Of a DNA stretch of 64,000 nucleotides, positions 37,621-47,531 are shown in pieces. Position numbers and translations under genes: made by a program. The DNA is from a bacterium (GTDB taxonomy: Bacteria; Omnitrophota; Gorgyraeia; Zapsychrales; Zapsychraceae), in NCBI GenBank assembly GCA_030429765.1, contig JAUIER010000003.1, positions 16,402-80,401 on the forward strand, written 5' to 3'. The notes under the pieces are model-generated. The model did not search any database, was not told where the DNA came from, and saw nothing but the letters and a program-made list of their open reading frames with translations. Each line of letters begins with the position of its first letter. The stretch's first letter is position 1.

Positions 37621-39414
37621 ATGACAAATTATTTAAAACTTTTAAGATTTCTCAAAGGTCATGAAAAGCTTTTTTCGATCGCTGTGGTGCTCATGATCTT
37701 TGCCAGCATTTTCGAGGGGTTCCAGCTGCCGCTGCTGGTTCCTCTGATGGACCGTATCTTCAACAACAAGCCGATCGTGGTCGCCAACGACCTGCCCGAT
37801 TTTCTCGATAATTTTATCCAACACCTTAACACGATGGACCCGGAAAAGCTATTCTGGATTTTTCCGGTGATAACCATTGTGCTGCTGATCGTGAAGCACA
37901 CGTTTATTTTCTTCTACAAATTGTGTATGAGTGATGTGTCGCAGCGCGTCATGCGTGATATTCGTAACAAGCTTTACAGTAAGATGCAACATTTGTCGTT
38001 GGACTATTTCAGTAACAAACGGACCGGCGAATTGGTTTCCCGGATTACGTTTGACGTGAATCTCGTCGAGAATGCCTTGTCGTACGGGTTGATCGATTTA
38101 TTCTGTCAGACAACGATGATTGTTATTTATGCGACCATTGCCTTCACGATCTTTCCGAAGGGGACAATTATTCTGCTGTGTGTCTTTCCTCTCATCGCGA
38201 TTCCCATGTCTAGTCTTGGGAAGCGTCTGCGAAAATTTTCCAAGGGCATTCAGGAAAAAATAGCTGATATAAATTCCATACTACTCGAAACTATCTCCGG
38301 AGTCAAACTTGTTAAGGCTTTTTGTGCGGAGAAGCAGGAGATTGAACGTTTCGAGGCCAAGAATCATGAATATTACAAACTGCGGATGAGTTCGATCAAG
38401 CGGATTCTGGCTATTTCACCGATGACCGAGATTTTCGGGACGGTCTGCGGGGTCGGAATTATCCTGTGGATTGGTCGGCTGGTGATGAGCGGTGAGCTGT
38501 CCTCGGGGATTTTCATCCTGTTTTTTGGGTCGATTATGTCGATAATCTCGCCGATCAAGAAGCTGGGGAATGTGAACGCCCTGATTCAGCAGGCCTTGGT
38601 GGCGAATGAGCGGATTCATCAGGTCCTGGAGGCCCCGATATCAGTCCGGGAGGCGGATGATCCCTACGAGCTGGAGGAGCTCAGGGAGTCGATCCGGATG
38701 GAGGGCGTTGAATTTCGGTATTCTGATGATACGGACATAGTCTTTGCGGGGATTGACCTGGAGATCAAAAAGGGGGAGCTCATTGCCATAGTGGGACCGA
38801 CCGGGACCGGTAAAACAACCCTGGTCAGTCTGATTCCGCGCTTCTATGATCCCACCAAGGGCCGGGTGCTCTTCGACGGGCAGGACCTCAAGGACGTGAG
38901 TTTTAGGTCGCTGCGGCAGCAAATCGGCATCGTGACACAGGAATCAATCCTGTTCAATGATACGGTGCGGGCCAATATCGCCTATGGCCGTCCCAAGGCC
39001 TCACTCGCGGAAGTCGAGGAGGTGGCCAAGCAGGCCTTCGCCCACCGCTTCATTGTGAAGATGCCCCAGGGATACAGCACGGTGATTGGAGATCGGGGTT
39101 TCAGGCTTTCAGGGGGCGAAAAGCAGCGCTTATCCATCGCCCGGGCCATCCTCAAGAATCCACCAATCCTGATCCTGGATGAGGCGACCAGCCAGCTGGA
39201 TTCAGAGTCCGAAAAATTTGTCCAGGAGGCGCTCGATGAGCTGATGAAGGGCAGGACTGTCATCGCGATCGCGCATCGTTTGTCTACGATCACCAAGGCG
39301 GATAAGATCGTCGTTCTCGACGAAGGAAAGATCGTCGGTCTGGGCAAGCACAAAGAATTGCTCGAAACATGCGACCTTTACAAACGATTGCACAGCATGC
39401 AGTTTCAGGCTTAG
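37621..39414 (+). CDS. msbA: ABC transporter permease/ATPase, MsbA-like lipid A exporter
   Basis: Six-TM N-domain. Walker A GPTGTGKTT, signature LSGGEKQRLSIARA, Walker B ILILDEATS. ATG 37621 was chosen, which avoids overlap with the divergent gene. Confidence 0.85.
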   Translation: MTNYLKLLRFLKGHEKLFSIAVVLMIFASIFEGFQLPLLVPLMDRIFNNKPIVVANDLPDFLDNFIQHLNTMDPEKLFWIFPVITIVLLIVKHTFIFFYKLCMSDVSQRVMRDIRNKLYSKMQHLSLDYFSNKRTGELVSRITFDVNLVENALSYGLIDLFCQTTMIVIYATIAFTIFPKGTIILLCVFPLIAIPMSSLGKRLRKFSKGIQEKIADINSILLETISGVKLVKAFCAEKQEIERFEAKNHEYYKLRMSSIKRILAISPMTEIFGTVCGVGIILWIGRLVMSGELSSGIFILFFGSIMSIISPIKKLGNVNALIQQALVANERIHQVLEAPISVREADDPYELEELRESIRMEGVEFRYSDDTDIVFAGIDLEIKKGELIAIVGPTGTGKTTLVSLIPRFYDPTKGRVLFDGQDLKDVSFRSLRQQIGIVTQESILFNDTVRANIAYGRPKASLAEVEEVAKQAFAHRFIVKMPQGYSTVIGDRGFRLSGGEKQRLSIARAILKNPPILILDEATSQLDSESEKFVQEALDELMKGRTVIAIAHRLSTITKADKIVVLDEGKIVGLGKHKELLETCDLYKRLHSMQFQA

Positions 39415-39466
39415 GAGCAAACGGCCCTGGATGAGGATTTTTTTGCGCCGCAGGCGAAATTAAAGG

Positions 39467-39495
39467 TTGCATTCAAAACAATTATTGGGTATACT
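39467..39495 (+). promoter_or_regulatory. Sigma70 promoter candidate for rpsB (TTGCAT - 17 nt - TATACT) with a ~110-nt 5' leader
   Basis: ttgcat at 39467..39472, a 17-nt spacer, tatact at 39490..39495. The leader 39502..39611 could hold an S2 autoregulatory structure. Confidence 0.45.
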
Positions 39496-39611
39496 ACCAC
39501 GATTAAAATTTGGAAAGCACGTTAATGCACAGCATTACGCGGATTTGTCCTGCATCAGATGATGTTTTAAGGGCGAAAGAAACATGATGCTGAAACTCAC
39601 ATGGAGGAAAC

Positions 39612-40457
39612 ATGGTTGAAGAACTCATCAAGAAGCTACTAGAATCTGGGGTCCATTTCGGACATCAAACCCAGCGGTGGAACCCGAAAATGCAGCGTTT
39701 CATTTTCGGGCAGCGCAGCGGAATTTACATCATAGATTTGGAGAAGACAGCTGAGCATTTGGGTCAAGCTCAGGATTTTGTCAGAGACGTGGCGGCTCGC
39801 GGCGGACGCATCCTGTTTGTCGGAACGAAAAAACAGGCACAGATGATCGTTGAAGAAGAAGCCGTTAAGTCCGACATGTTCTACATCAAAAGCCGTTGGT
39901 TGGGCGGATTGTTGACCAACTTTCAAACTGTAAAAAAATCGATTCAGCGTCTGGATACAATCGAGAAGATGGCTGAAAACGGGATCTGGGAAAGTCTCAA
40001 GAAAAAAGAGATCGCGCGGCTGAATAAAGAGAAAGAGCGTTTGTTGAGAGATCTTGGCGGAATCCGTCAGATGAAGGAACTTCCGGATGTGATCTTTATC
40101 GTCGATCCAAAGCGTGAGTCGATCGCGGTCAAGGAAGCAATGAAATTGGGAATCCCACTGGTAGCGATTGTTGATACCAACTGCGATCCGGAATGTATCG
40201 ATTACCCTATCCCTGGAAACGATGATGCGTTAAAGTCAGTTCGGCTGTTGACGTCATTGATTTCTGAAAGTATCCGTGAAGGGCGTAAAGAGTTTGTGAC
40301 CAGCACAAACAAGGCGGCTGAAGAGGCTGAAGCCAAGGCCAAGGCTGATGCAGAAAAAGCCGAAGCCGAAAAGGCGGAAGCAGCCAAGGCTGCAGAAGCC
40401 CCGGCGGCCGGCAGCGGCGAGACTGGCGCGGAAACCTCCGAGAAGCCAGCTGCATAA
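39612..40457 (+). CDS. rpsB: 30S ribosomal protein S2, with an A/E/K-rich C-terminal tail
   Basis: [38 protein letters not shown] ... tail [32 protein letters not shown]. Confidence 0.95.
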   Translation: MVEELIKKLLESGVHFGHQTQRWNPKMQRFIFGQRSGIYIIDLEKTAEHLGQAQDFVRDVAARGGRILFVGTKKQAQMIVEEEAVKSDMFYIKSRWLGGLLTNFQTVKKSIQRLDTIEKMAENGIWESLKKKEIARLNKEKERLLRDLGGIRQMKELPDVIFIVDPKRESIAVKEAMKLGIPLVAIVDTNCDPECIDYPIPGNDDALKSVRLLTSLISESIREGRKEFVTSTNKAAEEAEAKAKADAEKAEAEKAEAAKAAEAPAAGSGETGAETSEKPAA

Positions 40458-40505
40458 ATCACGGAACACTTTAAGATTTAATATTTGACGAAAGGATAAA
40501 GAATC

Positions 40506-41033
40506 ATGGCAATTACGGCAGAAGATATCAGAGAACTCAGAGAGATGACATCATGCGGTGTTATGGAATGTAAGAAGGCATTGGAAGAAACCGGCGGAGA
40601 TAAAGAGAAGGCCAAGGAAGTTCTCAAAAAACGTGGATTGGAATTGGCAGCCAAAAAAGGAAGCCGATCGGCCACAGAAGGACGGATTGAAACGTACATC
40701 CACGGCGGCGCAAAGATCGGTGTTATTGTTGAAGTGAATTGTGAAACAGATTTCGTCGCGAAGAACGAAGACTTTATCGCCTTCACGAGAGATTTAGCGA
40801 TGCATATCGCGGCCCTAGCTCCGCAATATGTCAGCAAAGATGACATTCCTCAGGAAGACTTGGATTCAGCCAAGGATCCCAAGGGATACGTTAAGGAAGT
40901 TGCGCTATTGGAACAGCCTTTTGTCAAAGATCCTAAATCAACGATTCAGGAAAAACTTACATCACTGGTTGCTTCAATCGGAGAAAATATTTTCATTCGA
41001 CGTTTTGTCCGTTACAAAGTCAACGAAGTATAG
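40506..41033 (+). CDS. tsf: Elongation factor Ts (short 175-aa form)
   Basis: ITAEDIRELREMTSCGVMECKKALEETGGDKEKAKEVLKKRG. Confidence 0.9.
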   Translation: MAITAEDIRELREMTSCGVMECKKALEETGGDKEKAKEVLKKRGLELAAKKGSRSATEGRIETYIHGGAKIGVIVEVNCETDFVAKNEDFIAFTRDLAMHIAALAPQYVSKDDIPQEDLDSAKDPKGYVKEVALLEQPFVKDPKSTIQEKLTSLVASIGENIFIRRFVRYKVNEV

Positions 41034-41036
41034 TGA

Positions 41037-41816
41037 ATGGCGGCTCCAGCCGGTAAATCATTTGACAAAAAAGATCGTATTTCAGTGGTTAATCAAAAAC
41101 CTGCCTACAATACAATATTACTCAAGCTTAGCGGAGAGGCATTACTCGGTAGTCAAGACCACGGTATCGATATCGAGATGTGCGCTTCATTAGCTGAGCA
41201 GATCAAGGATATTCATACATTAGGAGTACGAATCGCATTAGTCGTCGGAGGTGGTAACATCTTTCGGGGACAAGTCCAATCCAAGCGTTTTGGTTTGGAC
41301 CGCTCTGTGGCAGATTATATGGGAATGTTAGCCACCGTTCTTAACGGGCTGGCATTACAGAACGCGCTCGAAAAGGTTGGTGTCCCGACCAGGGTCATGA
41401 CGGCGATTGAAATGTCTGCCGTCGCTGAACCATACATCCGGCGTCGGGCGCTTCGACATTTGGAAAAAAATCGTGTGGTCATCTTTGTGGCCGGAACCGG
41501 GAATCCTTATTTCACGACGGATACGGCCGCGGCGCTACGCGCGTCAGAGCTCAAGGCGGACGTGATCCTCAAGGCGACGAAAGTTGACGGTGTCTATTCT
41601 GATGATCCGGTCAAAAATCCGGATGCGACACGTTTTGATTCTTTGAAATTTATCGATGTGCTTCAGAAGAATTTGCGAGTTATGGATGCCACGGCGATCA
41701 GCATGTGCATGGACAATAATTTGCCGATCATCGTTTTTAATTTGCTGCAGGAAGGAAATGTCAAAAAAGTGGTACTGGGCGAAAATATTGGAACCGTCGT
41801 TAACAGTGGAGATTAA
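41037..41816 (+). CDS. pyrH: UMP kinase
   Basis: [15 protein letters not shown] ... [11 protein letters not shown] ... [25 protein letters not shown]. Confidence 0.95.
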   Translation: MAAPAGKSFDKKDRISVVNQKPAYNTILLKLSGEALLGSQDHGIDIEMCASLAEQIKDIHTLGVRIALVVGGGNIFRGQVQSKRFGLDRSVADYMGMLATVLNGLALQNALEKVGVPTRVMTAIEMSAVAEPYIRRRALRHLEKNRVVIFVAGTGNPYFTTDTAAALRASELKADVILKATKVDGVYSDDPVKNPDATRFDSLKFIDVLQKNLRVMDATAISMCMDNNLPIIVFNLLQEGNVKKVVLGENIGTVVNSGD

Positions 41817-41818
41817 GT

Positions 41819-42379
41819 ATGCCAGTTAAAGAAATCTTAAATGACACTGAATCAAAAATGAAAAAGACCATCGAAGCGACCAAGCGGGAATTCGCGGAGG
41901 TCCGAACGGGACGCGCGCATCCAGGTTTGATCGAAGGTTTACATGTTGATTATTATGGAACTCCGACGATGGTGAAGGACATGGCGTCAATCAACATTCC
42001 CGATCCGAAGACGATATCAATTCAGCCGTGGGATGCATCGGCGTTACCGGAGATCGAAAAAGCTATTTCAGCGTCGAATCTGGGGCTGACACCCAATAAC
42101 GACGGTAAGATCATCCGGCTGAATATTCCGCCATTATCAGAAGAACGTCGAATTGAGTTGGCGAAGATGGTGAAGGAAATGGCCGAGAAGTCACGCGTGT
42201 CGCTCCGAACGATCCGTCGTGATTCAAATGACAAACTCAAGAAGATGAAGGCGGATAAGCAGGTTTCGGAGGATGATGAATTCAAAGCGCATGAAGCCGT
42301 GCAGAAATTGACGGATACGTATATTAAGGAAATTGACGGTCTATTGGCTGATAAAGAAAAACAGTTGATGGAACACTGA
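41819..42379 (+). CDS. frr: Ribosome recycling factor
   Basis: EFAEVRTGRAHPGLIEGLHVDYYGTPTMVKDMASINIPDPKTISIQPWD. Confidence 0.95.
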   Translation: MPVKEILNDTESKMKKTIEATKREFAEVRTGRAHPGLIEGLHVDYYGTPTMVKDMASINIPDPKTISIQPWDASALPEIEKAISASNLGLTPNNDGKIIRLNIPPLSEERRIELAKMVKEMAEKSRVSLRTIRRDSNDKLKKMKADKQVSEDDEFKAHEAVQKLTDTYIKEIDGLLADKEKQLMEH

Positions 42380-42461
42380 TTCTGTTCTTTAAAAATTGAA
42401 TTTTAGTATTCACATTTAATTCAGATTTGTGTAAACTCTGAAAATAAGTTTGCATCAATTT

Positions 42462-42534
42462 GAGCCTCTAGCTCATCCGGTAGAGCATCTCCCTTTTAAG
42501 GAGAGGGTGGCGCGTTCGAGTCGCGCGAGGCTCA
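42462..42534 (+). tRNA. tRNA-Lys (anticodon TTT)
   Basis: Cloverleaf checked by hand. The 7-bp acceptor stem gagcctc/gaggctc pairs perfectly. Anticodon loop cttttaa. T-loop ttcgagt. Discriminator A. Confidence 0.85.
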
Positions 42535-42589
42535 CTCTTGTTCCTCCGGCTCAGACCTGAGATAGTCCGAGTCGGAGGAAAACATTTTT

Positions 42590-42671
42590 GCCCCGCTGGT
42601 GGAATTGGTAGACACGCTAGTCTTAGGAACTAGTGCCGCAAGGCGTGGGGGTTCAAGTCCCTCGCGGGGCA
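42590..42671 (+). tRNA. tRNA-Leu (anticodon TAG), type II with a long variable arm
   Basis: Acceptor stem gccccgc/gcggggc. Anticodon stem-loop ctagt-cttagga-actag. Variable arm tgccgcaaggcgt. T-loop ttcaagt. Confidence 0.85.
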
Positions 42672-42757
42672 TTTTATGAAGTCCTATCCGGATCATTATT
42701 TCAGAATTTATAGCAGCACGGACGTCACGTCCGGAGCTTTTATACAATCACAATTTT

Positions 42758-42831
42758 GCGGCGGTAATTCAGTTGGCTAGAATGCCACCTTGCCAAGGTG
42801 GATGTCGTGGGTTCGAATCCCATCCGCCGCT
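42758..42831 (+). tRNA. tRNA-Gly (anticodon GCC); CCA is encoded at 42832..42834
   Basis: Acceptor stem gcggcgg/ccgccgc. Anticodon stem-loop ccacc-ttgccaa-ggtgg. T-loop ttcgaat. Discriminator T. Confidence 0.85.
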
Positions 42832-42918
42832 CCATTTTACAAAACAACCATCTTATACAGACCTAGATCAACCGGGTTTGCTTGGAACGCAGCTTGCGGC
42901 CAATTTGGAGGAATATAT

Positions 42919-43395
42919 ATGAAAATTAGTGACTTTCTTTGCACGAAAGCTGTTTGTTCAGATCTACAGGCCAGCACAAAAGAAGAGGTTATTTCTGAGT
43001 TGGTCGGCCTATTGATTGACGCCGGAGAGATCAAGAAGAATCATAAAAGCAAGATCATCGAAGTTCTTCTGGCCCGTGAGGCGCTGGGATCTACAGCTAT
43101 CGGCCAAGGAATCGCCATCCCGCACGGGAAGACCGGTTGTGTGGATAGCCTGGTCGGATGTCTCGGAGTCAGCAAGAAAGGCATCAACTTTGACTCGTTG
43201 GATGGTGAACCAGCTTATATATTTTTCCTACTCGTTGCTCCTGTCGACTCGGCAGGTCCTCACCTCAAAGCTTTGGCACGTATTTCCCGTCTCCTGAAAG
43301 ACAAATTTGTCCGTGACAATTTGAAAGCCGTCAAGGACGACAAAGATATGTTAAAGCTCGTCCAGCAAGAAGACGGACGACTATCAAAACTTTAG
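42919..43395 (+). CDS. ptsN: PTS EIIA-Ntr-like (fructose-family EIIA) regulatory protein
   Basis: The ggagg RBS lies 8 nt upstream of ATG 42919. SDLQASTKEEVISELVGLL ... GIAIPHGK (active-site His). The listed ORF start at 42790 would overlap tRNA-Gly and is rejected. Confidence 0.8.
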   Translation: MKISDFLCTKAVCSDLQASTKEEVISELVGLLIDAGEIKKNHKSKIIEVLLAREALGSTAIGQGIAIPHGKTGCVDSLVGCLGVSKKGINFDSLDGEPAYIFFLLVAPVDSAGPHLKALARISRLLKDKFVRDNLKAVKDDKDMLKLVQQEDGRLSKL

Positions 43396-43397
43396 TT

Positions 43398-44648
43398 ATG
43401 CCTAAAAATCCTTTCAGATGGCTGTACCCCGGCATGAAGATCAAACGGTGGTTGCTCGCTTCTTTGCTGGGCATTGTCATTGTTGCTGTCGGCGCGGTCA
43501 TTATAGGGAAGGTAGATGAACCTCATCCGCTGGTCAGCACGATCGGATTTATCTGGATCTTGTGCGGGATGGTATTAATCGTCCTCGGGATGAGCAAGAT
43601 GATTGTTTCGCTGTTGGCTTTGGTTCTACCCAAGGGTGAGCGGGAGCTGGTGAACATTCTGTACCAGAAGACGTATCTCGAGCGCGGACCCAAGATCGCC
43701 ACTGTAGGCGGCGGGACGGGTTTGTCGCATTTAATATTTGGTCTGAAGGAATATTCGTCGAACATCACCGCGATCGTTACTGTGGCGGATAGCGGTGGAT
43801 CTTCAGGCCGGCTGCGCGAAGAATTTAACATTGTCGCTCCAGGAGACATACGCAACTGTTTGGTGGCGTTAGCTGATGCCCCCGAACTGGTTGGCGAGCT
43901 CTTTCAATACCGTTTTTCCAAAGATTCACAATTGCAGGGACACAATTTCGGCAATCTTTTTTTGACCGCCATGTATCAACTGACGGATGGTGATTTTGAA
44001 AAAGCTGTCAACGAGACCAGCAAGGTCCTCGCCATTCGCGGGAAAGTTGTACCGGCCACGGTGAGTAATGTGCATCTGGAAGCAGAATATGTCGACGGAA
44101 CCCGTACACACGGCGAAGACAAGATTCCCAATCCGGATGTCCGAATTCATCGCGTGTCTTTGACCGGTGAAGCCTCGAAACCGACTCGGGATGCCCTTAA
44201 GGCCATCCAGGAAGCTGATATTATTGTGTTGGGTCCCGGCAGTTTGTACACCAGTGTCATTCCCAATCTGCTGATTAACGGAATGAGCGAGGCGATTGCC
44301 AAATCGCAGGCGTTTAAGATCTATATCTGCAACGTGATGACCCAGCATGGCGAAACAGACGGCTACTCGGCAAGTGACCACGCTCGGGCCATTATCGATC
44401 ATTCTCAAGAAGGAGTGATCGATGCCTGTTTGATTAACAATGCGATTGTTCCGCCGGAGGCCCTTGAACGCTATCAGGAGGAACAGGCGTATCCCGTCGA
44501 GGCGGATATTGAAAAATTCAGGGAGCTAGGCGTCAAAGTGGAAGCCACCGATTTGTTGGGAGTAACGGATTATGTTCGGCACGATTCGAAAAAGCTGAAC
44601 AAAGCGCTCATTAAACTCATTGAAACGCATCGTGTGATACGACGCTAG
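43398..44648 (+). CDS. yvcK: YvcK / gluconeogenesis-factor (UPF0052, CofD-like) protein with an ~90-aa N-terminal two-TM extension
   Basis: IATVGGGTGLSHLIFGLKEYSSNITAIVTVADSGGSSGRLREEFNIVAPGDIRNCLVALAD. The N-terminus carries TM helices LLASLLGIVIVAVGAVIIG and IWILCGMVLIVLGM. Confidence 0.85.
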   Translation: MPKNPFRWLYPGMKIKRWLLASLLGIVIVAVGAVIIGKVDEPHPLVSTIGFIWILCGMVLIVLGMSKMIVSLLALVLPKGERELVNILYQKTYLERGPKIATVGGGTGLSHLIFGLKEYSSNITAIVTVADSGGSSGRLREEFNIVAPGDIRNCLVALADAPELVGELFQYRFSKDSQLQGHNFGNLFLTAMYQLTDGDFEKAVNETSKVLAIRGKVVPATVSNVHLEAEYVDGTRTHGEDKIPNPDVRIHRVSLTGEASKPTRDALKAIQEADIIVLGPGSLYTSVIPNLLINGMSEAIAKSQAFKIYICNVMTQHGETDGYSASDHARAIIDHSQEGVIDACLINNAIVPPEALERYQEEQAYPVEADIEKFRELGVKVEATDLLGVTDYVRHDSKKLNKALIKLIETHRVIRR

Positions 44649-44673
44649 ATTATTTGTCAGCCGGGATCTTGAG

Positions 44674-44937
44674 ATGCCTAAAGTGCAAAAAGAAGTGATC
44701 ATCAAGAACGAAAAGGGATTGCATATCCGTGTGGCCAGTGAATTGGTCAGGGTAGCGTCCCAGTACCAGGCTGATCTGTTTCTTCACAAAGGGGATAATC
44801 AGATCGACGCCAAATCGATCATGAGTGTCTTAACATTGGAGGGTTCATATAACTCCAAAATCCTGATTGTTGCCGACGGGGAAGATGCTGAAGAGGCGAT
44901 TATCGAGATTGAAAAGATCTTAATCGAGCAAGAATAA
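44674..44937 (+). CDS. ptsH: HPr-like phosphocarrier protein
   Basis: 87 aa. GLHIRVAS contains the His15 equivalent. KSIMSVLTL is the Ser46 region. Confidence 0.8.
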   Translation: MPKVQKEVIIKNEKGLHIRVASELVRVASQYQADLFLHKGDNQIDAKSIMSVLTLEGSYNSKILIVADGEDAEEAIIEIEKILIEQE

Positions 44938-44941
44938 AGAT

Positions 44942-46708
44942 ATGAAAGAAACCATCATCAAAGGAATTCCGGCTGCGCCGGGTATCGCGATCGGCAAGGC
45001 ATTTGTCCTGGATAAACAGGAGTTCGTCGTGCCGCCACGGTATATCATGCCGCAGGAAGTGTCTGTTGAGATCGCCCGTTTTGAAGAGGCCTTAAACAAG
45101 GCTAAGTACGAAATCGAAGAGATCCAGAAACGTATTGCGGAAGAGATCGGCGAGGAGCATTCAAAGATATTTGACGGTCACATTATGGTGCTCCAGGATA
45201 AGACGATGATGGGCGAGGTTATCAAGCAGATCCAGGAAGACAAGATGTCGGCCGAGTTTGTTTTTTCTGAAGTGCTCAAAAAGTATTCCAAGATCTTCGA
45301 GAAAATGGAGGATGAATACATCAAAGAACGTGTCAGTGACATCAGCGATGTGGGCCGCCGTGTTCTCAAGAATCTCACTAATGAATATAAACTGCATGAT
45401 TTTGAAAATCTGACCAACGATTTGATCATTGTCAGCTATGATCTTTCTCCATCGGACACAGCGAGTATGTTCAATAAGAAAATCCTCGCGTTTTGTACGG
45501 ACGTGGGCGGAAAGACTTCGCACTCGGCGATTATGGCCAAGTCGCTGGGAATACCCGCGGTCGTGGGATTGAAGGACGCGACGCTTCGAATCCGCAATCA
45601 GGATACGATTATTGTCGACGGACGCAAAGGGTTGGTTATCATCAATCCATCCGGTGATACGCGCAAAGAGTACGAGAGCGTGCAGGACCGGATCAATGAA
45701 TTCAAGGATCAGTACCAGAATATCAAGGACCTGCCGGCCGAGACACTCGACGGACATCAGGTCCAGCTTTACGCCAATCTGGAGTTGCCCGAAGAGATTC
45801 CACTCGTGCAGCAGCAAAATGCCAATGGAATCGGTTTGTACCGCACGGAATATTTCTACATGAACAGGGTCGACCTGCCTTCCGAAGAGGAACAGTTTAA
45901 GGCGTACAAACACGTAGCTGAGGCGGTGGCGCCCAAGCAAATCACCATCCGTAGTCTGGATTTGGGCGGGGACAAGTTTTTGTCGAGCCTTCAGATTCCC
46001 AAAGAGATGTATCCTTCATTGGGATGGCGGGCGATTCGTTTTTGTCTGGCCCAGCCTGAGATTTTTAAAACGCAATTGCGGGCCATTCTGCGGGCATCAC
46101 ACTACGGCAAGATCCGTTTGATGTATCCCATGATTTCGGGTTTATCCGAGCTTAAGCAGGCAAATGCGGTTCTGGACGAAGTTAAAAAAGGCCTGATGGA
46201 TGAGAAGATTCCGTTTGATCAGGAATTACCGGTGGGTGTGATGATCGAAGTCCCGTCAGCGGCGATGACGGCGGATATTCTCTCCCAGGAAGCCGACTTC
46301 TTCAGCATCGGAACGAATGATTTGATCCAGTACACTCTCGCGATTGACCGGGTCAACGAGCAGACAGCCAATTTGTATGAGCCGAGTCATCCGGCTATTT
46401 TACGCCTGATAAAGAAAACCATCGACAGTGGTCAGACGGCGGGGATCAATGTTTCTTTGTGTGGAGAGATGTCGGGTGAACCGATATCGGCCTTGCTGTT
46501 GTTGGGAATGGGCTTGAAGGAATTTAGTATGTCGCCGTTAAGTTTGCTTCAAATCAAGAAGTTGGTGCGTTCGGTCAACTACAGCGATGCCAAATTACTG
46601 GCGGATGAAGTCTTAAATTTGTCAACGGGTGAGGAAGTCGAACGTGTTGCACGCAAACGGCTGAAGGATCTGGCCCCGAATGTCTTTGAAATTGCCGCAG
46701 AGGAATAA
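44942..46708 (+). CDS. ptsI: Phosphoenolpyruvate-protein phosphotransferase (PTS Enzyme I)
   Basis: [21 protein letters not shown] (phospho-His region) and the PEP-utilizing C-domain [35 protein letters not shown]. Confidence 0.9.
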   Translation: MKETIIKGIPAAPGIAIGKAFVLDKQEFVVPPRYIMPQEVSVEIARFEEALNKAKYEIEEIQKRIAEEIGEEHSKIFDGHIMVLQDKTMMGEVIKQIQEDKMSAEFVFSEVLKKYSKIFEKMEDEYIKERVSDISDVGRRVLKNLTNEYKLHDFENLTNDLIIVSYDLSPSDTASMFNKKILAFCTDVGGKTSHSAIMAKSLGIPAVVGLKDATLRIRNQDTIIVDGRKGLVIINPSGDTRKEYESVQDRINEFKDQYQNIKDLPAETLDGHQVQLYANLELPEEIPLVQQQNANGIGLYRTEYFYMNRVDLPSEEEQFKAYKHVAEAVAPKQITIRSLDLGGDKFLSSLQIPKEMYPSLGWRAIRFCLAQPEIFKTQLRAILRASHYGKIRLMYPMISGLSELKQANAVLDEVKKGLMDEKIPFDQELPVGVMIEVPSAAMTADILSQEADFFSIGTNDLIQYTLAIDRVNEQTANLYEPSHPAILRLIKKTIDSGQTAGINVSLCGEMSGEPISALLLLGMGLKEFSMSPLSLLQIKKLVRSVNYSDAKLLADEVLNLSTGEEVERVARKRLKDLAPNVFEIAAEE

Positions 46709-46719
46709 GGAGTTAACAC

Positions 46720-47457
46720 ATGAAAATTTTAGTATTGGCCGCTGGATACGGAACCCGCTTGAAGGCCATCGCAGAAAACACCCCTAAACCGCTTTTGCCG
46801 ATTAGTGACCGTCCGTTGATGAATTATATCCTGGACCGGGTCAAGGGGTTGAATAGACTGAATGAAGTGATTGTGATCACCAACAATAAATTTGCCGAAA
46901 CCTTCGAACAATGGGCGGCGGAGACCTCCATCGGGGTTCCCATCACCGTGGTCAATGACGGCACCAATTCTCCGGAGGACCGCCTGGGATCGATCGGGGA
47001 TATTAATTTTGCCATTGAGAACCGCCAGCTGGAGGATGACCTGCTGGTCATCGGAGGCGATAATTTGTTTGATTATAACGTGGATGAGTATATAATGTTT
47101 GCTCAGGAAAAGGTGGCCGGATCCGCCGTGATCGGGCTATATGACGTGGGTGACAGAGAAGAGGCCAAGCTGTATGGCGTTGTGGGACTTGATGATACGA
47201 ACCGGATCATCTCGTTCGAGGAAAAGCCCCAGGAGCCCAAATCGACTCTGATTTCCATGTGTTTTTACTACCTGCCCAAAGATAATCTGTCGCTGGTTGG
47301 ACAGTATTTAAGGGAAGTCGGAAAGGCCGACAAGGCCGGAGACTATATCCGCTGGTTGCACAAACAAACCGATGTTTATGGATTTACGTTCAGCGGTAAG
47401 TGGTTTGACATAGGCAGTGTGGAAGCATATCAAGATGCTCAGAAAAATTTTAAATAA
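46720..47457 (+). CDS. Sugar-phosphate nucleotidyltransferase (NTP_transferase family)
   Basis: MKILVLAAGYGTRLKAIAENTPKPLLPISDRPLMNYILDRV. Confidence 0.75.
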   Translation: MKILVLAAGYGTRLKAIAENTPKPLLPISDRPLMNYILDRVKGLNRLNEVIVITNNKFAETFEQWAAETSIGVPITVVNDGTNSPEDRLGSIGDINFAIENRQLEDDLLVIGGDNLFDYNVDEYIMFAQEKVAGSAVIGLYDVGDREEAKLYGVVGLDDTNRIISFEEKPQEPKSTLISMCFYYLPKDNLSLVGQYLREVGKADKAGDYIRWLHKQTDVYGFTFSGKWFDIGSVEAYQDAQKNFK

Positions 47458-47486
47458 CATCGACTTGCGGTGAGCAAGTTTGGGCA

Positions 47487-47506
47487 GTCAATATATCGTT
47501 ATTGAC
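47487..47506 (+). promoter_or_regulatory. Inverted repeat gtcaata-N6-tattgac immediately upstream of the metK RBS (candidate operator)
   Basis: Perfect 7-nt arms at 47487..47493 and 47500..47506, 26 nt upstream of GTG 47532. The 74-nt gap is too short for a SAM-I riboswitch. Confidence 0.3.
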
Positions 47507-47531
47507 ATATTACGCAAAGGGAGGCGTTACA

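Noticed and set aside
42790-42918. Extended ORF start at 42790 for ptsN
   Set aside because: It would overlap tRNA-Gly (42758..42834). A ggagg RBS precedes ATG 42919, which gives a canonical ~158-aa EIIA-Ntr.
45161-45940. 259-aa ORF on the minus strand lying entirely inside ptsI
   Set aside because: It is antisense to a well-supported, motif-rich ptsI reading frame. The product is low-complexity (L/H/R-rich) and has no recognisable domain. It is a typical shadow ORF.
47458-47531. Possible SAM riboswitch upstream of metK
   Set aside because: The intergenic region is only 74 nt and lacks the conserved SAM-I helices. Only a short palindrome is present, and that is reported as an operator candidate instead.
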